From NCBI RefSeq assembly GCF_029067145.1, contig NZ_JAIEFA010000031.1, positions 5,613-69,612 on the forward strand: 64,000 bases of DNA, read 5' to 3'. The stretch comes from Helicobacter sp. (GTDB taxonomy: Bacteria > Campylobacterota > Campylobacteria > Campylobacterales > Helicobacteraceae). Below, piece after piece: positions 22,225 through 33,030 of this stretch. Under the pieces are notes generated by a model. The model did not search any database and was not told the DNA's origin. It was given only the letters and a program-made list of their open reading frames with translations. Each line of letters opens with the position of its first letter. Position 1 is the stretch's first letter. The position numbers were made by a program, and so were the translations under genes.

Positions 22225-22536
22225 ATGACAGGGATTTTATTGATATTGCAGTTTGTATTTGCAATCTTAATTACGACGATTGTTTTATTACAAAAAAGTT
22301 CAAGCATTGGTCTTGGCGCATATAGTGGCAGTAACGAAAGTTTATTTGGGGCTAAGGGACCTGCGGGATTCTTAGCAAAACTAACTTTTGGACTTGGTTT
22401 GTTATTTGTCATCAACACGATTGCATTAAGTTATCTTTATGTGCAAGATTCTAAAAGCTCTATTGTAGATGAAGTAACGATTCCAACCCCTATTTTGCCG
22501 CAGGATTCTGCGCCTAATAATGCAGAATCCAACTAA
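22225..22536 (+). CDS. secG: Preprotein translocase subunit SecG
   Basis: VLLQKSSSIGLGAYSGSNESLFGAKG. Confidence 0.94.
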   Translation: MTGILLILQFVFAILITTIVLLQKSSSIGLGAYSGSNESLFGAKGPAGFLAKLTFGLGLLFVINTIALSYLYVQDSKSSIVDEVTIPTPILPQDSAPNNAESN

Positions 22537-22545
22537 AGGAATCCT

Positions 22546-23106
22546 ATGGAATTACAAGAAATCTACACGCATACAAAAGAAACAATGAACAAAAGCATTG
22601 AAGCAATGAAAAAAGAATTTGGCACTTTGCGTAGCGGTAAAGTCTCTATTGCGATTTTAGATTCTATTCGCATTGATTATTACGATACACCCACTCCGCT
22701 TAATCAAGTAGGTTCTGTCATTGCACAAGATGCAAGCACAATCGTCATCACTCCTTGGGAAAAAAACCTGCTCAAAGACATTGAACGCGCAATTCAAGAA
22801 GCAAACATCGGCGTCAATCCCAACAACGATGGCGAAACGATTAAACTCTTTTTCCCTCCAATGACAAGCGAACAACGCAAAGAAATCGCAAAAGAGGCGA
22901 AAAACATTGGTGAAAAAGCAAAAGTAGCGATTCGGAATATTCGTAAAGATTCTAACGATAAAGTCAAAAAACTAGAAAAAGACAAAGCCATCAGCGAAGA
23001 TGACGCTAAAAGAGGACAAGAGGAAATCCAAAAATTCACCGATGAGGCAGTAAAAAAGATTGACGAACTCGTCAAACACAAAGAAGAGGAATTGCTCAAA
23101 ATCTAG
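22546..23106 (+). CDS. frr: Ribosome recycling factor
   Basis: [22 protein letters not shown]. Confidence 0.97.
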   Translation: MELQEIYTHTKETMNKSIEAMKKEFGTLRSGKVSIAILDSIRIDYYDTPTPLNQVGSVIAQDASTIVITPWEKNLLKDIERAIQEANIGVNPNNDGETIKLFFPPMTSEQRKEIAKEAKNIGEKAKVAIRNIRKDSNDKVKKLEKDKAISEDDAKRGQEEIQKFTDEAVKKIDELVKHKEEELLKI

Positions 23107-23127
23107 CCTTAAAGTAAGGAATCTCTA

Positions 23128-23739
23128 ATGAATATTACACAAATCTACAAAAACGCTGGCGCGCTTTTAGAGGGACATTTTTTGCTTAGTAGCGGGAGAC
23201 ATTCTCCCTTTTATTTGCAATCTGCAAAGGTGCTAGAAAATCCAAAAATAGCTGAAGAATTAGGCGCAGCTTTGGCAAAAATCATTCAAGATTCTAAAAT
23301 CAAAGCAGATTGCGTTTGTTCTCCCGCGCTTGGTGGAATCCTAGCAGGCTACGAGCTTGCGCGCGCGCTTGGAGTGCGTTTTATTTTTACAGAACGCGTA
23401 AATGGAACAATGACTTTAAGGAGAGGATTTGAAGTTAAACCAAACGAGAAAATTCTTGTGTGTGAAGACATTATTACCACAGGTGGTTCAGCTATGGAAT
23501 CGGCACAGGTTGTAGAAAAACTTGGCGCACAAGTTGTAGGATATGCCGCTTTGGCAAATCGCGGAATTTGCAATCGCTACCAAAGCTCTCATCAATTTGA
23601 AGCCAAAGAATGCAAACTCAATCCTAGTTTGCCACTCTTTGCATTAGAAGATTTTATTTTTGAAACCTTTGAAGCTCAAAATTGCCCTTTATGCCGACAA
23701 GGAAGTGTGGCAATCAAACCCGGAAGTCGGGGCAATTAA
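23128..23739 (+). CDS. pyrE: Orotate phosphoribosyltransferase
   Basis: [22 protein letters not shown]. Confidence 0.95.
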   Translation: MNITQIYKNAGALLEGHFLLSSGRHSPFYLQSAKVLENPKIAEELGAALAKIIQDSKIKADCVCSPALGGILAGYELARALGVRFIFTERVNGTMTLRRGFEVKPNEKILVCEDIITTGGSAMESAQVVEKLGAQVVGYAALANRGICNRYQSSHQFEAKECKLNPSLPLFALEDFIFETFEAQNCPLCRQGSVAIKPGSRGN

Positions 23740-23755
23740 GACTTAAAGGTAAAAA

Positions 23756-24289
23756 ATGCGTTGGAGAAAAGTCAAACAAAATCCAAAATCTCCAACACAA
23801 GCCAAACACAAAACAGATTCCGCTCTCCCACCGACTAATGCCCTGCCTCATCAGCTCATACAAGAATTAGCACAAAACCCATCTGATTCTTTGCAAACCG
23901 CAAGTTTTTGGGACAGAGGCAAAGCACAAGTGATTGATACTTTTATGATTTATTTGCCGCTTTTATATTTTTTAACTTATGTTGTTATCGGTAGTGCGCA
24001 AGGATTCCGCGATTCGTCTTGGGCTCCCTTTAGCGGAGTTTTGATTTATGGAATCCTTGTCGCTTTACTTTTGGCATTCAAAGGACAAACGCCTGGCAAA
24101 AAGGCTTATAATCTATGGATTGTCAGAGAAAATGGAAAAAATGTAACATTTCCTTTTGCCCTTTTGCGATTCATTGCTTTCTTGCTCTCGGGCGTCAGTG
24201 TTGTAGGAATCTTTATGCCTCTATGGCGCAAAGACAAAAAGGCATTGCACGATATTTTGCTCAAAACGATAGTTCTCAAAAAAGGTTAA
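23756..24289 (+). CDS. RDD family membrane protein
   Basis: R.KA..ID, GQTPGKK, ALHD. Confidence 0.85.
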   Translation: MRWRKVKQNPKSPTQAKHKTDSALPPTNALPHQLIQELAQNPSDSLQTASFWDRGKAQVIDTFMIYLPLLYFLTYVVIGSAQGFRDSSWAPFSGVLIYGILVALLLAFKGQTPGKKAYNLWIVRENGKNVTFPFALLRFIAFLLSGVSVVGIFMPLWRKDKKALHDILLKTIVLKKG

Positions 24290-24342
24290 TTTTCTATTAA
24301 ATTTATTTCTGGCATAATTATTCACTTTTAAAGGAGTATTTT

Positions 24343-25026
24343 ATGGACGGAAGATTATTTACTTTTCTAGGATTGGTTAGCCACGACCACGATTTTATTA
24401 TCGCATCTCATACGATTTTAGTCGCGATTATTGCGATTATTTTGGCTAAACTCGCTACTTCAAAACTACAAGTTGTGCCCGGCACAATGCAAAATATTTT
24501 TGAAACCTTTTTGGGCGGGGTTATTTTTATGGCAAAAGATGTCATTGGCGAAGAAAAAGCGCGTCATTATCTACCGCTTACCGCGACAATTGCACTTTTT
24601 GTATGTTTGGCAAACCTTATTGGAATCATTCCGGGATTTGAAGCACCCTCCTCTAGCCTTAGCTTCACACTTACACTCGCGCTTGTTGTGTTTGTGTTTT
24701 ATAACTTTGAAGGAATCCGCACCTTTGGAATCGTAAAATATTTTGCGCATTTTGCTGGTCCTATCAAGCCATTAGCTCCGCTAATGTTCCCTATTGAAAT
24801 CATTTCTCACTGCTCAAGATTAGTTTCACTCTCTTTCCGTCTCTTTGGAAATATCAAGGGAGATGATATGTTCTTGCTTGTAATGTTAATGCTTGCTCCT
24901 TGGGTTGCTCCGCTCCCAGCATATTTATTGCTAACCTTTATGGCATTTTTACAAGCTTTTATCTTTATGATTCTGACTTATGTATTCCTAGCAAGCGCGG
25001 TTTTGGTAAGCGAGGAAGCCCATTAA
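24343..25026 (+). CDS. atpB: F0F1 ATP synthase subunit a
   Basis: [18 protein letters not shown] motifs. Confidence 0.96.
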   Translation: MDGRLFTFLGLVSHDHDFIIASHTILVAIIAIILAKLATSKLQVVPGTMQNIFETFLGGVIFMAKDVIGEEKARHYLPLTATIALFVCLANLIGIIPGFEAPSSSLSFTLTLALVVFVFYNFEGIRTFGIVKYFAHFAGPIKPLAPLMFPIEIISHCSRLVSLSFRLFGNIKGDDMFLLVMLMLAPWVAPLPAYLLLTFMAFLQAFIFMILTYVFLASAVLVSEEAH

Positions 25027-25576
25027 GGCTTACCTTATCACCGAGCCCACACTTTATCCCAAAACCCCTTTAGAATTTCATAACTTTTACACAAAAATCC
25101 TCCATAAGCATTCCATTGACTTTGCTGCCTATCGCGACAAGGAATCACATTTTAACCCTGCACTAATGGAAGTTTTTTTGAATCTCAATCGCTCTTATGG
25201 AATCCCAAGCCTCCTTAACTCCAACCTAGACCTAGCTCTTGAATTTGGCTTTGACGGGGTGCATTGTAATGGAACACAAATGCAGCAAATCAAAGCTGCG
25301 CGAGAAAAGCTACCCCTTGTATTTTTCAGCGCACACTCACTGCAAGAAATCCAAGAAGCCGATAAACAAGGGGCAAATGGAATCACGATTAGCCCAATCT
25401 TTGAAACTCCTAATAAAGGCACTCCGCTAGGCATTGAATTTTTAAACAGCATTAAACCTGAAAATTTCAAAGCAAAACTTTTCGCACTAGGTGGAATCAT
25501 CACACAAGCACAACTCCAAGAAATCACTACAACAAAAATCCAAAATTTTGCCTCTATTCGCTATTTTTTAGGGTAA
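25022..25576 (+). CDS. Thiamine-phosphate-synthase-like (TenI/ThiE fold) protein, probable ATT start
   Basis: [22 protein letters not shown]; frame is open from 25010 and the first beta strand (KAYLITEP) lies upstream of the ATG at 25166. Confidence 0.75.
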   Translation: MKAYLITEPTLYPKTPLEFHNFYTKILHKHSIDFAAYRDKESHFNPALMEVFLNLNRSYGIPSLLNSNLDLALEFGFDGVHCNGTQMQQIKAAREKLPLVFFSAHSLQEIQEADKQGANGITISPIFETPNKGTPLGIEFLNSIKPENFKAKLFALGGIITQAQLQEITTTKIQNFASIRYFLG

Positions 25577-25620
25577 ATCCCAACTTTTTAGTATCTATAA
25601 TCTTGCAAAAAGTAAATTCT

Positions 25621-25845
25621 GCAATGGAATTCTTAAAATTATGCTTGATTATGGATTGCTTCGCTTTGCTCGCAATGACAGCGCGGATTCGCCATTGCGA
25701 TACTTCGTAAGAAATCGTGGCAATTTATCATCTCGCATAAATAAAACAATGGAATTACAAATAGCGAGATTTTAGCTTATGGATTTGCAAGTATGGGTAA
25801 AATCCTTGTGAATTGTGCGCTTTGTCGCTCCACTCGCAAGGGCGC
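25621..25845. repeat. Palindromic intergenic element cluster, copy C
   Basis: ATTATGGATTGCTTCGCTTTGCTCGCAATGAC (25648-25679) facing GCCATTGCGA...CGTGGCAAT (25691-25724), plus a degenerate unit to about 25845. Confidence 0.8.
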
Positions 25846-25900
25846 AATGGTATGCGTGCTTCGTCTCCTATTTTCTTAATGTTTGCAACCGCGTCGGATT

Positions 25901-26572
25901 CTATGCTAACTGCCAATCTAACAAACCAGATTCATTAGAGCGCGATTCTACATTTCTTTTAAACTCCTGCGCTAGTTTGGGATTGATTAATAAAGCGTGG
26001 AGGGATTCTTTTGCAAGTTTTGGGTTTTTATAAACTTGATGCGCACATCGCAGAGTTATGGAATCTTGCGCGGATTCTAAGCAAATAGCAGAATCCTTTT
26101 GAATTCTGCCGCCTTGTATCACACGCAAATAAAATCCTACACAGCCTGTTTCAAACAAAAATTTTGCCAACGCGTTTTTGTCCTGTGGGCTTGGATACAA
26201 ACTCGGAATCTTAAAGCACTGCACGCGCGGCATAGAAATCTCCAATACCACTCCACTCTCAAAACAAAGCCTATCCCCCACGCATAAATCGCCTGCTTCT
26301 ATCTCCTCTAGCAAAAGATTCTCGCCCATTCCTCCATAAGGAATCTCCAAACCTAAGCACTTGTGCCACTTAGTATAAGATTCCACATCATAGGCAAAAA
26401 CCGCCTTATTTTCCCCTCCGTGATGGATTGTATCTGCAATCTCATTGCCCACAATTCCCTTGCTAGTGATGTCTAGCGATTCTACTTCGCGCCCTTTCAT
26501 CGCGCTTTCAAAGGAAACTTCGCCACAGGAATACCTCGCAATTTTCCCTACAAAAAGCCCTCTTAATCGCAA
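25901..26572 (-). CDS. MOSC domain protein (YiiM-like)
   Basis: HHGGENKAV, GENL, PRVQCFK, GFYLRVIQGG. Confidence 0.88.
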   Translation of the reverse strand: MRLRGLFVGKIARYSCGEVSFESAMKGREVESLDITSKGIVGNEIADTIHHGGENKAVFAYDVESYTKWHKCLGLEIPYGGMGENLLLEEIEAGDLCVGDRLCFESGVVLEISMPRVQCFKIPSLYPSPQDKNALAKFLFETGCVGFYLRVIQGGRIQKDSAICLESAQDSITLRCAHQVYKNPKLAKESLHALLINPKLAQEFKRNVESRSNESGLLDWQLA

Positions 26573-28095
26573 ATTTTGCTCCCCTCTTTTAGAATCGCAA
26601 GGAATTTTTGGAATTTAGCAAAATCTTTTTTGCCCGGCTTAGATTCTATGCTAGAATTAATATCTAGCATTTTCGCTCCTATCTTCATTAAGGATTCCAC
26701 ATTCTCCACCCCTACGCCACCTGCTATACATAGGGTTTGCACTTTTGCCTTTAAAGAATCCAAAACCTCTAAATCAATCCTTTGCCCACTGCCACCGCCT
26801 AATGCACTTTTAGAATCCAACAGCACAAAGGGGCTGACAAACTCGCCCAAATCCTCTGCACATTCCACATTCCAAGCCTCATAAAACGCAAAATCTGCCT
26901 CTTTTAGCTCCACTCCACCAAAGAATCCTGCCTTACAAATGCCGTGTAATTGCAACGCATCTACTACACCCCCTTGATACAACTCTATCGCAGCTTGCAT
27001 TTGGTGTTTATCGTCCTTTAACACGACGATTTTAAGAATATTGGGAAATTGCTCCAATTCCTTTGCAATTTCCCTGATATGCTCTATTGCAATGTATCTT
27101 GGGGATTGTGGCTCTATGATGAATCCCAAAGCAGCAATTTTGCGCACTCCTTTATAATAAGATTCTAACTCTTGCAAGACTTTCGCACACATTAGCGCGT
27201 CTTGTGTGTTTGTGATTCCACAAATCTTAAGGAATCCCAAAGGCGAATTTAGCAATCTAAAGACATTTTGATAAAAGGCATTGGGCGAGTTTTTTCCATA
27301 TTCCATTGCTTTCTTTAATTCCTCTAAAGCGCGCTTGGGTTTATGATTTTTTACCAAATAGCTCCCACACAAGATTCCATTAAAGCCTAAATTTCCGACA
27401 ACAAACCCATCAAAATTGCAATGTAGGGAGGATTCAAAAATCACCTTGCTTTTGGGATTCTGTGCTTGGATTTGGTTTAAGAGGCAATAGGCTTGGATTC
27501 TATCAATCACAAAAGTATGCAGATTGCGCGAATTAATCCCGATAAGTTTTGCCCCCAAAGGGGCGATAAAATCCGCTTCTAGCGCATTATGCACTTCCAC
27601 CAAAGGCATTAGACCAAGTTCTAAACATTTTCCATAAAGTGCGTGCAGTTGCAAAAACCCGCCATAGGGATTGTTTTCTCCGATAAACACCGCAGCAATC
27701 AGCAGCACCATATCCGTGCCAAAATCATAAGCCTCCTTGATTTGCCCCACCTCTGTGATAAAATCCTTTCGCAACACACAAGCACTAGGATTTGCAATCT
27801 TGACTGCCCTTAAATCGTCTAAATTCCCTTTAAAATAATCCTCTTCACAAAGCACAGAGAGAGCACTTGCTCCCCCTTGCAAATACTCTTTTGCAAGCGC
27901 GCTAGGGTTTGGAATCGTGCCAATATTTCCTGCGCTTGGGCTTGCGCGTTTGATTTCTGCGATGACAAAGGCAGAATCCAAATCCAAAGCAGGAGGATTC
28001 AGAGGAGTCGTGCGCTCACAAGCACGCAAAGCGACTTTTTGCTTTTTGTCCAAAATTTCCTTTAAAATTGTTGGCACATTCTTACAAGATTCCAT
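26563..28095 (-). CDS. trpC: Bifunctional indole-3-glycerol-phosphate synthase / PRA isomerase (TrpC-TrpF)
   Basis: IAEIKRASPS, LRKDF, GINSRNL, followed by KICGIT, QLHG, GGSG, AGG, ESKPGKKD. Confidence 0.93.
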   Translation of the reverse strand: MESCKNVPTILKEILDKKQKVALRACERTTPLNPPALDLDSAFVIAEIKRASPSAGNIGTIPNPSALAKEYLQGGASALSVLCEEDYFKGNLDDLRAVKIANPSACVLRKDFITEVGQIKEAYDFGTDMVLLIAAVFIGENNPYGGFLQLHALYGKCLELGLMPLVEVHNALEADFIAPLGAKLIGINSRNLHTFVIDRIQAYCLLNQIQAQNPKSKVIFESSLHCNFDGFVVGNLGFNGILCGSYLVKNHKPKRALEELKKAMEYGKNSPNAFYQNVFRLLNSPLGFLKICGITNTQDALMCAKVLQELESYYKGVRKIAALGFIIEPQSPRYIAIEHIREIAKELEQFPNILKIVVLKDDKHQMQAAIELYQGGVVDALQLHGICKAGFFGGVELKEADFAFYEAWNVECAEDLGEFVSPFVLLDSKSALGGGSGQRIDLEVLDSLKAKVQTLCIAGGVGVENVESLMKIGAKMLDINSSIESKPGKKDFAKFQKFLAILKEGSKICD

Positions 28096-29714
28096 TACAA
28101 GCTCTCCAAACGCATATTACTAATGCTTTGGAATCCCTTTAAAACCTCAAAAACTTCTTTAGATTCTATGATTTGCTTTGCTTGAAAGAATCCCTCTTTT
28201 AGACTTTCTGCCTGCTCGCACACACAAAGAGCCGCGCCTAAGTTTAATGCAACCAAATCAAGTTTTGGCGAGGGCAAAGCATTAAAAATGTCGGTTGTGA
28301 TTTGTAGATTCTCCCTCGCATCTCCGCCTTTGAGCATAGAATAACTTGCAAAAGAAAGTCCCACTTCCACAGGATTAAAAATATAAGTCTTAATCACTCC
28401 ATTGCGCAATTCTGTGATTTGTGTCGGTGCGCAAAGCGAAATCTCATCGTAACCATCTAGCCCACTCACCACCATTGCACGCTTAATCCCCAAAATTGCC
28501 AAAGCTCGCGCCATAATCTCCGTGTATGCCTTGTCAAACACACCAATAAGCTGATGTGTAATAGGAGCGGGATTGCTAAGAGGACCAATCAGATTGAAAG
28601 CGGTTTTGAATCCCAAACTACTGCGTGCTGGAGCGGCAAAACGCATAGCAGAATGGAATCTCTGCGCAAAAAGAAAGGTAAGATTCAAATCTTGATACGC
28701 CTTTTGCACATTTTGTAATTCCATATTTGGATTAATTCCAAGTGCATTAAGTAAATCTGCCGAACCGCTTTGTGAGGTAATTGCACGATTTCCGTGCTTG
28801 ATGATTCCAAAATCCGCCTTTTTGGCAAGTGTGGCAAGAAGCAGGGCGCAAGTCGTGGAAACATTAAAGGTTTTTGCACTACTCCCCCCCGTGCCAACCA
28901 TATCAAACAAAATGCGATTCTTACTCCCAACCTCAAAGCGCACCGCCTTTTGCTTCAATACCGAAGCAAATCCCGCAAGCTCGTATTCATCTACACCTTT
29001 GATTTCCAAACTCGTAAGGATACTACCAATTTGCGCATCGCTCAAATTCCCCTCTGTAAGTTCGTCCATTAGATTATAACTCTCTTGAAAATTCAGCGAT
29101 TCTAACTTCAAACATTTTTTCAGATAATCCTTAATAGGAATCGGCTCACGCGCATAATGCAGGAAGTTTTGGAGCATTTTGACACCCTCTTTTGTGCCAA
29201 TAGATTCCGGGTGGAATTGCAACCCAACCAAATGGTATTGCTTATGCTCTACCGCCATTACCTCGCCGTCCTTGCTCTCCCCGCTAATGATAAAGCATTC
29301 TGGAATCTCGTCCCTTTTACCCACAAGAGAATGGTAACGCGTAATGGGCGTATCTTTGCTAATATGCCGAAAGATTCCTTTTTGATTGTGTTTTAGCGGC
29401 TCTACCTTGCCGTGAATGATATTTTTTGCATTTTTGATTTCCACACCAAAAGCCGCTAAAATCGCCTGATGTCCCAAGCAAATTCCTAAAATTGGATAGA
29501 TTCCTTTAAACTTCTGCACAATTTGGATATTCAAGATAGAATCCTGTGGCGTCTTAGGTCCCGGTCCTAGCACAATATAGCTTGGATTTAGGGATTCTAT
29601 CTCCTCTAGGCTCGTTTTGTCGTGGCGCAAGACTTTAATCGGATAACCAAGAGTGCTAAAGGCTTGATAAATATTATAGGTGAAGGAATCGTAATTATCA
29701 ATCAGCAAAATCAC
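28095..29714 (-). CDS. trpD: Bifunctional anthranilate synthase component II / anthranilate phosphoribosyltransferase (TrpG-TrpD)
   Basis: IDNYDSFT, GICLGHQ, QFHPES, followed by GTGG, FNVST, KHGNR, GSAD. Confidence 0.95.
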   Translation of the reverse strand: MILLIDNYDSFTYNIYQAFSTLGYPIKVLRHDKTSLEEIESLNPSYIVLGPGPKTPQDSILNIQIVQKFKGIYPILGICLGHQAILAAFGVEIKNAKNIIHGKVEPLKHNQKGIFRHISKDTPITRYHSLVGKRDEIPECFIISGESKDGEVMAVEHKQYHLVGLQFHPESIGTKEGVKMLQNFLHYAREPIPIKDYLKKCLKLESLNFQESYNLMDELTEGNLSDAQIGSILTSLEIKGVDEYELAGFASVLKQKAVRFEVGSKNRILFDMVGTGGSSAKTFNVSTTCALLLATLAKKADFGIIKHGNRAITSQSGSADLLNALGINPNMELQNVQKAYQDLNLTFLFAQRFHSAMRFAAPARSSLGFKTAFNLIGPLSNPAPITHQLIGVFDKAYTEIMARALAILGIKRAMVVSGLDGYDEISLCAPTQITELRNGVIKTYIFNPVEVGLSFASYSMLKGGDARENLQITTDIFNALPSPKLDLVALNLGAALCVCEQAESLKEGFFQAKQIIESKEVFEVLKGFQSISNMRLESL

Positions 29715-31216
29715 TTTGCACCTCCTAAAATCGCTTCCACTAAGGAGCGCATTTTGTTCCTTGTCTCCTCATATTCCGCGTCCTCATCGGAATCTATGAC
29801 GATTCCGCCTCCTGCTTGGAGATAATACACACCCTTTTGATAAACCGCTGTGCGAATGGCTATTGCAAAGTCCATATCGCCATTTTTGGCAAAATAACCA
29901 ATCGCGCCCGCATAAATTGCGCGTTTATGCGCTTCTTGAGATTCTATGGTTTCAATGGCAGCAATCTTTGGCGCACCGCTTACGGTGCCTGCTGGAAATG
30001 CCGCATAAAGCGCGTCTTTCTTGCTATGTGTTGTCAAATCCATTTCACCTTGCACTTCAGAGACTAAGTGCATTACGCGTGCGTATTTTTCAATCACCTT
30101 TTCTTTTGTTACGCGCACACTTCCCGCCTTTGCCACTTTGCCTACATCGTTGCGCCCCAAATCTAGCAACATCAAATGTTCGGCGTTTTCTTTCACATTT
30201 GCCTTTAATTCCTCCTCTAGCTTGGAATCCTCTAGGGCGTTCTTGCCTCTAGCGCGTGTCCCAGCGATTGGGCGAATCGTAACTTGTGCGGCGTTTGGTG
30301 CAGTCGTTTTCACGCGAACAAGCACTTCGGGGGAACTCCCGATAATCTCAAAAGTGCCGAAGTTAAAATAATACATATAGGGGCTTGGATTAGCAATGCG
30401 TAGATTCATATAGGCTTGCAAGGGTGGCAAAGTGCTTGTAATCTCCAAACTCTGACTTGGCACACATTGGAGCAAATTGCCTTTATAAATCTCTTTTTTA
30501 ATCGTTTGCACCATTTTTGTATAATAAGACTTCTTATCCTTAGAAGTAATTGCGGAATGATACTCTTGCGTAGGCTTATCTGATAAGCTCAAATGCTCCA
30601 ATGTATTGGCTAATTCCTGCACCCTTTTTTGCGTGTCTTGTGGTTTGGATTCTCCCTGAAAGCTCACACAAAGAATATAAAGCGATTCATAAAAATGGTC
30701 AAACACGACAAATTCACGCCCGAAAATAAAAGCACTCTCACTCACATCATAAAGCGGAGGATTCTTAAATTCCACCTCCTCAATCTCGCTAAAAAACTCA
30801 TACCCCAAATACCCCACTCCTCCAAGCGGCAAATGCAGGGATTCTATCTCTGTGCTAGGAATATTCTCCGAATCCAATTTTGGAGTTAATGCGGCAAAAG
30901 CCTCTAAGAAATCCAAAAATTTTGGTTTCTGTGGCAGAGTGAAATCACCGATTTGTTTTATCTTGCCCAAATCGTGCTTCTTAGAATCCTCGCACAAAAA
31001 GACTTTGCCTTGCTCCTTTATGATTCTAAAAGCCTCTTTAAGCACAAGGATAGAAAACCGCCCCTTACCACTATCCAAAAACGCAGATTCAAGCAAAACG
31101 GGCGCATTCAACGCTTCGCATACCATTAAAGGCGTGAGCTTGGAAGCCGAGATTTTTTGAATACTAAAATGCGCAGCCGCCCCTTGATTTTTGGGATTTG
31201 TTAAAAATTCAAACAT
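29711..31216 (-). CDS. trpE: Anthranilate synthase component I
   Basis: NPSPYMY, GSSPE, RPIAGT, EHLMLLDLGRND, PAGTVSGAPK. Confidence 0.96.
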   Translation of the reverse strand: MFEFLTNPKNQGAAAHFSIQKISASKLTPLMVCEALNAPVLLESAFLDSGKGRFSILVLKEAFRIIKEQGKVFLCEDSKKHDLGKIKQIGDFTLPQKPKFLDFLEAFAALTPKLDSENIPSTEIESLHLPLGGVGYLGYEFFSEIEEVEFKNPPLYDVSESAFIFGREFVVFDHFYESLYILCVSFQGESKPQDTQKRVQELANTLEHLSLSDKPTQEYHSAITSKDKKSYYTKMVQTIKKEIYKGNLLQCVPSQSLEITSTLPPLQAYMNLRIANPSPYMYYFNFGTFEIIGSSPEVLVRVKTTAPNAAQVTIRPIAGTRARGKNALEDSKLEEELKANVKENAEHLMLLDLGRNDVGKVAKAGSVRVTKEKVIEKYARVMHLVSEVQGEMDLTTHSKKDALYAAFPAGTVSGAPKIAAIETIESQEAHKRAIYAGAIGYFAKNGDMDFAIAIRTAVYQKGVYYLQAGGGIVIDSDEDAEYEETRNKMRSLVEAILGGAK

Positions 31217-31339
31217 AGCACTTCTTTAAACAATGATTTTTGCGGATTTTATATTCTTAACATTAAAAAATACATTAAAATTTTAATGCAATTAAAAGAA
31301 AATTGCAGAGAACAGATTGACTTTTACAACAAACACCGC

Positions 31340-31670
31340 GTCATTATGCAGGATTATAGATTTGCAAGTGTGAGCAAACTGCTACGCAGTGTGCGCTTCG
31401 GACAAGACCTCACAACAATGCAGTAGTTGGATTTTGTCATTGCGAGCGTTTTTGTAAAAAATGCGTGGCAATCCATAATGTTGCATACTTTGGGTTTTAC
31501 AATGGAATCTTAAATGCGATTCCGCAAGAAGCGCGCTATGGGTTGGGGTTAATGGGGAAGTGGAACGTTTCGCAAGTAGAACCCCCCCCCCTTGCCCCCT
31601 TAGATTTTAGATTCTATGTTTGCGAAATTATAGATTGCTTCGTCGCTTCGCTCCTTGCAATGACAGAGAA
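31340..31670. repeat. Palindromic intergenic element cluster, copy D, with internal C10 tract
   Basis: GTCATTGCGAG...CGTGGCAATCCATAAT (31436-31479) and inverted ATTATAGATTGCTTCG...CTTGCAATGAC (31627-31664); C10 at 31582-31591. Confidence 0.85.
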
Positions 31671-31747
31671 TCTACCGCTATTGCAGTGATGATTTTACAT
31701 AAATTTTTGTTAAAATATCACCTTTAAATTCACACAAAGAAGACGCA

Positions 31748-33028
31748 ATGAAACACAAAATGTTCTTAGAATCCAAAAAGGGATTTTTTGGTGAAAAAAA
31801 GGGTGGATTGCACGCATTTGGCGGGCAATATATGCCAGAGATTCTTTATCCTGCGCTAAAAGAACTAGAAAAAGCCTACAAGAGTATTTTAAAATCTCGT
31901 GATTTTAAACAAGAATTATCCTCACTGTATAGGGATTTCATCGGACGCCCCACGCCTTTAATCTATGCGAAAAATGTTAGCAAACTCTTACACAATGAAA
32001 TTTATTTGAAATTTGAAGGCTTGGCAAACACGGGAGCGCACAAGATTAACAACGCAATCGGGCAGGTTTTGCTTGCCAAAAAAATGGGTAAAACACGCAT
32101 TATTGCCGAAACCGGAGCGGGACAACACGGATTAGCCACTGCGGCAGCTTGTGCGAAGCTCGGTATGGAATGCGTTGTTTTTATGGGCGCGCGGGATATT
32201 AAGCGACAATTTCCCAATGTGTTTAATATGGAGCTACTTGGCGCAAAGGTTGTCAGCGTGGAGAGCGGAAGCCAAACGCTTAAAGACGCCGTCAATGAAG
32301 CCTTAAGAGAGTGGAGCAAGGAGAGCAAAAACACCTTTTATGTGCTTGGAAGCACGCTTGGTCCTTATCCTTATCCCGACATCGTGCGCAAATTTCAAAG
32401 CATTATCAGCAAGGAGTTAAAGGCGCAAACAAAGGTATTTTTCAAGGGCAACCCTGATATTATGATTGCGTGTGTGGGTGGAGGAAGCAACTCTATGGGA
32501 TTCTTTAACCATTTTCTTAAAAGTTCGGTGCGCCTCATCGGCGTTGAAGCGGGAGGCTTGGGCAAAGAAATAGGCAAGAATGCCGCGCGTATGGGCAATG
32601 AAAATGCGAATCTTTGTATCGCACAAGGATATAAAAGCTACTTCTTAAGCGATAAATATGGCAATCTACTAGAAACCTACTCTATCTCGGCGGGGCTTGA
32701 TTATGCAGGGATTGGTCCTCAACTTGCGCATTTAAAGGAAATCGGGCGTGTGGAGTTTTTAAGCGCATTGGATAGTGAGGCGTTAGAGGCTTTACGATTC
32801 TTTGCCAAACACGAGGGAATCCTCGCTGCTTTAGAATCTAGCCACGCATTAGCGGGGGCATTAAAAATCGCTAAGGAAGTCAAAAACAAAAAAATCCTTG
32901 TCAATATTTCCGGTAGAGGGGATAAAGATATTTTCATCACCGCAAAAGCCCTACAAAAAGAGCGTTGGGCAGAATTTTTGCAACAAGAAATTGATACAAT
33001 GCAATCTAGCGTTGCTTTAAGGAAGTAA
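31748..33028 (+). CDS. trpB: Tryptophan synthase beta chain
   Basis: GAHKINN, AETGAGQHG, CVGGGSN, SAGLDY, SGRGDKD. Confidence 0.97.
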   Translation: MKHKMFLESKKGFFGEKKGGLHAFGGQYMPEILYPALKELEKAYKSILKSRDFKQELSSLYRDFIGRPTPLIYAKNVSKLLHNEIYLKFEGLANTGAHKINNAIGQVLLAKKMGKTRIIAETGAGQHGLATAAACAKLGMECVVFMGARDIKRQFPNVFNMELLGAKVVSVESGSQTLKDAVNEALREWSKESKNTFYVLGSTLGPYPYPDIVRKFQSIISKELKAQTKVFFKGNPDIMIACVGGGSNSMGFFNHFLKSSVRLIGVEAGGLGKEIGKNAARMGNENANLCIAQGYKSYFLSDKYGNLLETYSISAGLDYAGIGPQLAHLKEIGRVEFLSALDSEALEALRFFAKHEGILAALESSHALAGALKIAKEVKNKKILVNISGRGDKDIFITAKALQKERWAEFLQQEIDTMQSSVALRK

Positions 33029-33030
33029 GA

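Noticed and set aside
25621..25845. CRISPR array
   Set aside because: Repeats are inverted, degenerate and irregularly spaced, and no cas genes are present
25815..26033. Short ORFs over repeats (also 42539-42724, 52918-53232, 4619-4819)
   Set aside because: They derive from repeats or lie antisense to real genes
31465..31689. 74-aa ORF upstream of trpB as a leader peptide or gene
   Set aside because: It is a translation of the palindromic repeat cluster, has a single Trp codon and no RBS
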